From: Heterodontus francisci
Taxonomy: Eukaryota
Direction: 5' to 3'
Assembly (NCBI RefSeq): GCF_036365525.1
Contig: NW_027142279.1
Location: 868,001-932,000 of the forward strand
Length of the DNA: 64,000 bases
The notes under the pieces are model-generated. The model ran no database searches, was not told the origin of the DNA, and was given only the letters and a program-made list of their open reading frames with translations. The stretch's first letter is position 1, and the number at the start of each line of letters is the position of its first letter. The position numbers and the translations under genes are program-made. Of this stretch, positions 63,933-64,000 are shown piece after piece.

Positions 63933-64000
63933 GTTCCCATCCCAGTGTGGGACAGGGGGTCGTAACGAGGACGGTTTGTTTTAACTGGGGTGGAAATCAC
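63933..64000 (+). CDS. D10C domain 2, exon c (runs off the window)
   Basis: tttcag|(G)SHPSVGQGVVTRTVCFNWGGNH... Confidence 0.85.

Overview
Eukaryotic, repeat-rich vertebrate DNA, most likely from a cartilaginous fish (inferred from the HE1-like V-SINEs and the shark-type CR1 and Penelope repeats). It has two gene blocks pointing away from each other. (1) At 1-18.4 kb, minus strand, is a cluster of rearranging T-cell-receptor V segments, most likely TCR-beta. Three look intact (leader exon + V exon + RSS with a 23-bp spacer). One is a TRBV30-like V that has lost the conserved Trp. One is a stop-containing pseudo-V that keeps a complete RSS and is not visible as a V in the ORF track. There are also two orphan leader/intron remnants and a possible V relic. 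(2) From ~23.9 kb to beyond the window end, plus strand, is a spliced gene for a secreted GP2/uromodulin/OIT3-type protein. It has a TATA box, a non-coding exon, a signal-peptide exon and at least two tandem three-exon D8C/D10C cassettes. These cassettes have a rewired cysteine pattern, and one exon has diverged more than the neighbouring intron. The gene's introns hold a ~19-kb array of a 74-bp satellite with a triplicated ~4.2-kb higher-order unit carrying a CR1 fragment, a CR1>Penelope>CR1 nested insertion, and a Gmr1-type Gypsy element. Short Penelope-terminal insertions with target-site duplications (TSDs) and minimal hammerhead-ribozyme motifs occur several times, one as a near-perfect palindrome. 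No D, J or C segments were seen. Repeat boundaries are approximate; exon and RSS coordinates were read base by base.
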